DNA of 52,595 bases, counting the filler, from Bipalium vagum (Eukaryota): the NCBI GenBank assembly GCA_037834085.1. It is 3 parts of 3 records of this genome, joined end to end, with 100 filler letters (N's around TTAATTAATTAA, not from the genome) between each part and the next. Parts side by side here need not be neighbours in the genome. Positions count along the whole stretch, not along the records: positions 36,483 to 52,595 come from JBBMKC010126280.1; 2 more parts are not named here. One strand, given 5' to 3'. Each line of letters begins with the position of its first letter. Positions within the stretch are counted from its first letter, which is position 1. The translations under genes and the position numbers were made by a program. The notes below the pieces were generated by a model, which ran no database searches, had not been told where the DNA came from, and saw nothing but the letters and a program-made list of their open reading frames with translations. Positions 48,241 through 52,595 of this stretch are shown one piece after another.

Positions 48241-50157
48241 AAGATTGTGGGAATCGTCAATGAAAAAGAAAAGAAGATAAAAAGTTGTTGGGCAAGATCC
48301 AAGATCACAGTTTATCATCAAATATTGTTTCAGAAAATTGCATGTACATTACGACTTTTCCTTTATTTGATCATTTAACATTTTAATTGTATTATGAATC
48401 TGAACATTTTAATGGTATTGTTAAGATCCTAAGAGGGTGGTTATAGATTGGAGCTTAAACTTAACTCAACGGTTGAAGGTTGCTTTAGGCTGTGTTCAAT
48501 TATTTAAATAAACTGAGAAAACAATTTCGATTTAATACTTTTATTTGAAAATTAATTTAAAAATTATTATCTTTACAAATGAGTGATAACAATTCTGACC
48601 AGATGTGATTTTATTAATTAAGATTATTATTTATAAAAATTAAGAGAATTTCTTCAATACGTATCCATTAAAATATTACAAAAATTTGAAATTTTTGTGA
48701 CGAAAGTAATCTTAATATTTTTATTTTAATCAATTTAAAACTGATGAGTCAATAAAATAAATAAAAAATATGGTAAACAATCAACTGAACTCAATAAATT
48801 ACTTTTGTTTACTTTAAAGTAATTATTAAAACATATTCGTAGAGATTTCCTTTTAAAAATTTGAAATTTTTATTGATTATATACTATATATGCACTATAT
48901 AAAGAAAATAGTGCATAAAGATAAGACAATTTTACTCTGAAACAAGACCCTATTTATTAGTATTAACAAAAATAAAAAATACAAATTAATCAGAGAAATC
49001 AAAATTTATACACTAGACTAAAATTATAATAAATGAAATGAAAAAATTTTAATTTATTCAACAATTTCAAAACTCATAAACTCCTTTGAGCTAGATTTCT
49101 CGGCAGCATCAATGAAATCGCACTTTTGAATTTTAGATTTCGGACTCCCCGTGTGCTGCAACCATTCTTTCCTAATTAAAACAAGAAATGATATATTGCA
49201 ATATGAATTTCATGTTGAAGTCAACCAATTTTTTAAATATAACAAATGTTACTATTTTAGAAAATTCTGTTTGCTTTGAATAAAATTAACTCTATTTCAA
49301 ATACATGTTTGGTAAATAACAAAACTTAAATTAAGACTGTCAGCTTAACAAATAACATCTTTACAATTTAAATTCAATTAAGAGAAATTATTTTGATAAT
49401 CTGTAAATTTATTCAAAAATCATTCGATAATTTAAATTTCATAGAAAAGATATTTCGTGTTGTCTTTATCAATTTACGAAATTCAATAAATTAAAAATAC
49501 ATTGAATTAATCCTTGATGGTGACCCAGACATTTCTCCTACCACTGTTCCCTTTTCAGTATTTTTAACCCATCCAGTAATTCCCAATTCTTTGGCCTTTT
49601 TTTGCGTAAACTGGAATATTCCCAGATATTAAGAGAAAAATATTAATTCAAAAATATACTTTTCGGAAAAAAACTCCTTAAGTCAAAACACCAAATCGAA
49701 AATAAATCAATAAACATTAACAAATTACCTTGAACCTTTCCAAATACTTCAAAACGAACAAATTGTTTACTACTCATTTAAAATATTCATAAAATATCTA
49801 AGGTGTTGTAGATTAAAACAAACTATGTTAAGTGTAAAGTAAATGTAATTGTATACTAGGAAGAAATGTAAAGTAAAAAATAACTAAGTTTTAAAAAATT
49901 ATTTTTAAAATCAAGAATTTATTTCTGATTTCAAAATGTAAATCAACAAAATTATATACTTTTACTTATAAGAATAAGATTTTTTTTATTTTACTAGTTT
50001 ATTAAATAGTATAATTGTTATATTAGTTTATAGTGCCCTTAATTAATAATAAGATTAAAAATATTATAAAAGCTTTTTATTTATCTATAGAACTTTTTTC
50101 TTTTTCATTTAAATTTTAATCAATATAAATATGTTGGAGTTGCATAATTACCATTAA

Positions 50158-50210
50158 AAACGTTACTTATACGTTACTTATTACGTTACTTAAACGTTAC
50201 CTAACGTGTA
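50158..50210. repeat. 11-12-bp tandem repeat (acgttactta-)
   Basis: Four to five imperfect copies. Confidence 0.85.
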
Positions 50211-50419
50211 ACTATGTTCGAAATTGTAATGGACCCTCAGATAGTTATTACCATGTTCGTGAATCAAAATAACCAAAATAAATAATAAATAAATAAATAA
50301 ATAACTCTTGTTAAGTGTATCACAGTAACCTTTATTTTCAACACAAAATTTAAATTTACTGATTGGTGTTAACGATGAAAGAAATGTAATCGGTTCAATG
50401 ATAAAACTTTATTGTCAAA

Positions 50420-50780
50420 AACCCAATGATTGAAATATCAAGTGTTGCACATCAAAGAATTTCTGTTATTTGAAATCAATTAGATCAACGATAATTCGTA
50501 AGCAATGTTCAACAATAAAATAAACAACACAAAACGAATATAAATCAATAAAATGAAGAGTTCAAGGGTAGATCCAGCAACTTTAAAACTGTCCAGTGGA
50601 ATTGGGTTTGTAGAGTTTCATTTCAAGACTGTGATATGTGTTCCAGACGAAGTCCTAATCTGGTTTCCTGTCATAAACAGGTCAGAAGAAGGTATTTAGA
50701 AAGTTAGTCTGATATCTTACTTTAATCCTTCGAATTAGTGTTTTCGATGTTCATAGTCGTTACTGATTTTCTAATTAACT
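50420..50780 (-). mobile_element. Probable pogo-like (DDE_1) relic
   Basis: KPNSTGQF*..LLDLPLNSSF resembles PPN.T..LQPLD..VN.SFK. Confidence 0.4.
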
Positions 50781-51049
50781 ATCACTATTACCGAAATATA
50801 CAAATATTTCATGTATCGTTTATTTATCATTCATTTACCTGTTTATAATTATAAAAATCAAATTTTCTTTTCAAAAATCCAAAACGAAAATCTAGTCTAT
50901 TTTTATTTTTTCAAATGATATTGATAAACATAAAACAATAAATTTAAAATTCTTTTCTTATAAAGAATTCTTTAAAAATGTTAATAATTAGATAAATATT
51001 AACAAGTTTTTCTGAATCGAAATTACAAAATAATGGTCTGTTCAAATAA

Positions 51050-51510
51050 ATAATATCGTAATAGGAATCAATTTATTCTCAAAAAAATCACTTAAAATAG
51101 TAATGTTCAATTCAGCTCTTCGTTCGTCTTTTCTTTTCGTCGACACCGTCTCTCTGTCGTTTTGTATCTCCTCATTTTGGTTCTCTTTAGGTTCACTTTG
51201 ATTCACTTTGATTCTAGTTCTCAGTTTTTTTCTGTCTGAATCTAGTAACCTTGTAGCCAGCAGTAACCTAAACAGGGGTATCTTCGCTCTTCTGGCTTTG
51301 CCTTCACAGAAACCCGGAACTTTCAATTATCCAGATCAACCCAACTTTAGTCGTCTCAGCTGGATAATTGCGGCTGTCCTCAATACCTATTCCCGAAGCT
51401 ATTTATTTCTGCGTGGCCCATCCGCTCTCCTTTTCCATTACAATAATGACAATCCGGGAGCTTTAATTATTCAGCTCTGGGGAACACGTTTGGGCCGAGC
51501 TGAATAATTA
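51050..51510 (-). mobile_element. Possible retroelement gag-like relic
   Basis: GC-richer block containing DCHYCNGKGERMGHAEINSF, a broken CCHC knuckle, and a charged tail. Confidence 0.3.
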
Positions 51511-51782
51511 AATAGATTGGGCTTTCTAATCATAAAAAAAATCATCAATGAAAAATTTTTAAAATTTCTTTTTAAGGAAAAGCGGTAATTATAATTTTTC
51601 ATTTTTTCTTAATAATATTATTATGATATTATGACTGTTTAATAATAATAAAGAAAAAATGAATAAAACGATAAATTCTCGGAACTAAGTCATGTTACTT
51701 TATAATATTATTTTAGTTTAATTCACAGAAGAGGTGTAAAAATTTCATGATTTAAATGAAAGATTTAACCAAGTTTTATAAT

Positions 51783-51925
51783 ATTGGGTTGGCATTAAGT
51801 CCATTCGGCTTTTAAAAATGAAATAAAATAATTACTTATTGTCGAAAATTGATTATTGCCAGAAACTACGTTCAGGACCGTTATTGTCAGAAGCTACGTT
51901 CAGGAACATTATTTTCAGAAACGAT
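51783..51925. repeat. mariner-like TIR followed by a 28-bp tandem repeat
   Basis: attgggttggcattaagtccattcggctttt at 51783; ttattg(c/t)cagaa(a/g)ctacgttcagga x2.5 at 51853-51922. Confidence 0.6.
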
Positions 51926-52069
51926 TCCAGTAAATTTGTCTTTTGTTTTCACTTTATGATTATGCAGAAGGATTTTACAAGGGGACCCGGCGAGCTTGAG
52001 AACCCCTACCCGACCTGAGAAGGCCCTAGAGGGCAACCCGGGGACAATGATAATCCTTAGCTGATAATG

Positions 52070-52520
52070 AAGATGTCAGTCAATTTGCCTGGTGTAATAG
52101 TCTGGGCTTGTATTTATACTGGTGGCATGATTAGACCTATTTCTTCTCGGAAAATGTGACATGCACAAATTACTTTGATATGCTGAAAGCCTAATTTTTG
52201 CTTATTTTATCAATTACTCTCAGCTTTCTTAATGCTCTTTATGCAAGATAGTGCTCCTGCATATTGGTCTTTATTAGTTCGAAAATGAATATAGCAAAAT
52301 GTTCACATAAATTGGATGGGCAGAAGAGGTGCTATAGACTAAGCATCAAGGTCACTCACCTGATTTTTGTTTTGGGGTATAATATGGAAATAATTTTCTC
52401 ACATCAAATTCTTTCACCGTAAAATTTGAAACAAGAAATTATTATTGAATTTACCAATATGCCAATCGATTTTTGTGAAGTAGCTTGTTTATCTGTTCCT
52501 GGTAGGTTGCCTAAGAAGTG
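52070..52520 (+). mobile_element. DD41D-like transposase 3' half, degenerate
   Basis: NLPGVIVWACIYTGGMIRP..NVTCTNYFDML..FMQDSAPAYWSLLVRK..WMGRRGAID*ASRS. Confidence 0.85.
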
Positions 52521-52595
52521 AGGTTGTGTACGACTTATCTTAATCTGACTCCTTAAGGTAGTGTACTGATCACAAACAAGGCAAACAAAACAATT

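Noticed and set aside
48696-48755. Permuted hammerhead ribozyme (tgacGAAA...CTGATGAgtca)
   Set aside because: Stem II could form, but there is no stem III/NUH or stem I pairing.

Overview
AT-rich (about 25-30% GC by eye) eukaryotic animal DNA with spliceosomal introns; a flatworm-like invertebrate is plausible but is only inference. Two artificial 100-nt spacers (44 N + TTAATTAATTAA + 44 N at 18482-18581 and 36383-36482) split the window into three pieces that may not be neighbours in the genome, and there is an ordinary N gap at 5460-5729. The one clearly intact gene is a divergent, intron-poor CBP/p300 acetyltransferase (+ strand, 38133-44671, 3 coding exons, 1972 aa predicted). It has a complete HAT active site but remodelled TAZ1, KIX, bromodomain and TAZ2 modules. 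The middle piece carries an alpha-neurexin-like gene on the - strand: its LNS2(end)-LNS3-EGF2 exons splice in frame through a 39/45-nt GC-AG intron, while its apparent 5' exons carry a nonsense codon and frameshifts. Most of the remainder is decayed mobile DNA: mariner, Tc1, DD41D (two full-length copies with TIRs and TA target sites), DD37E-like, pogo, Merlin and probable MULE fragments, an R2-clade non-LTR relic outside rDNA, and a tRNA-Ala-derived SINE-like family. There are also one or two decayed host-gene relics. All family assignments come from hand translation and remembered consensus motifs, not from database searches. I found no CRISPR array, rRNA or intact tRNA, and nothing I can support as a wholly new multi-gene system.
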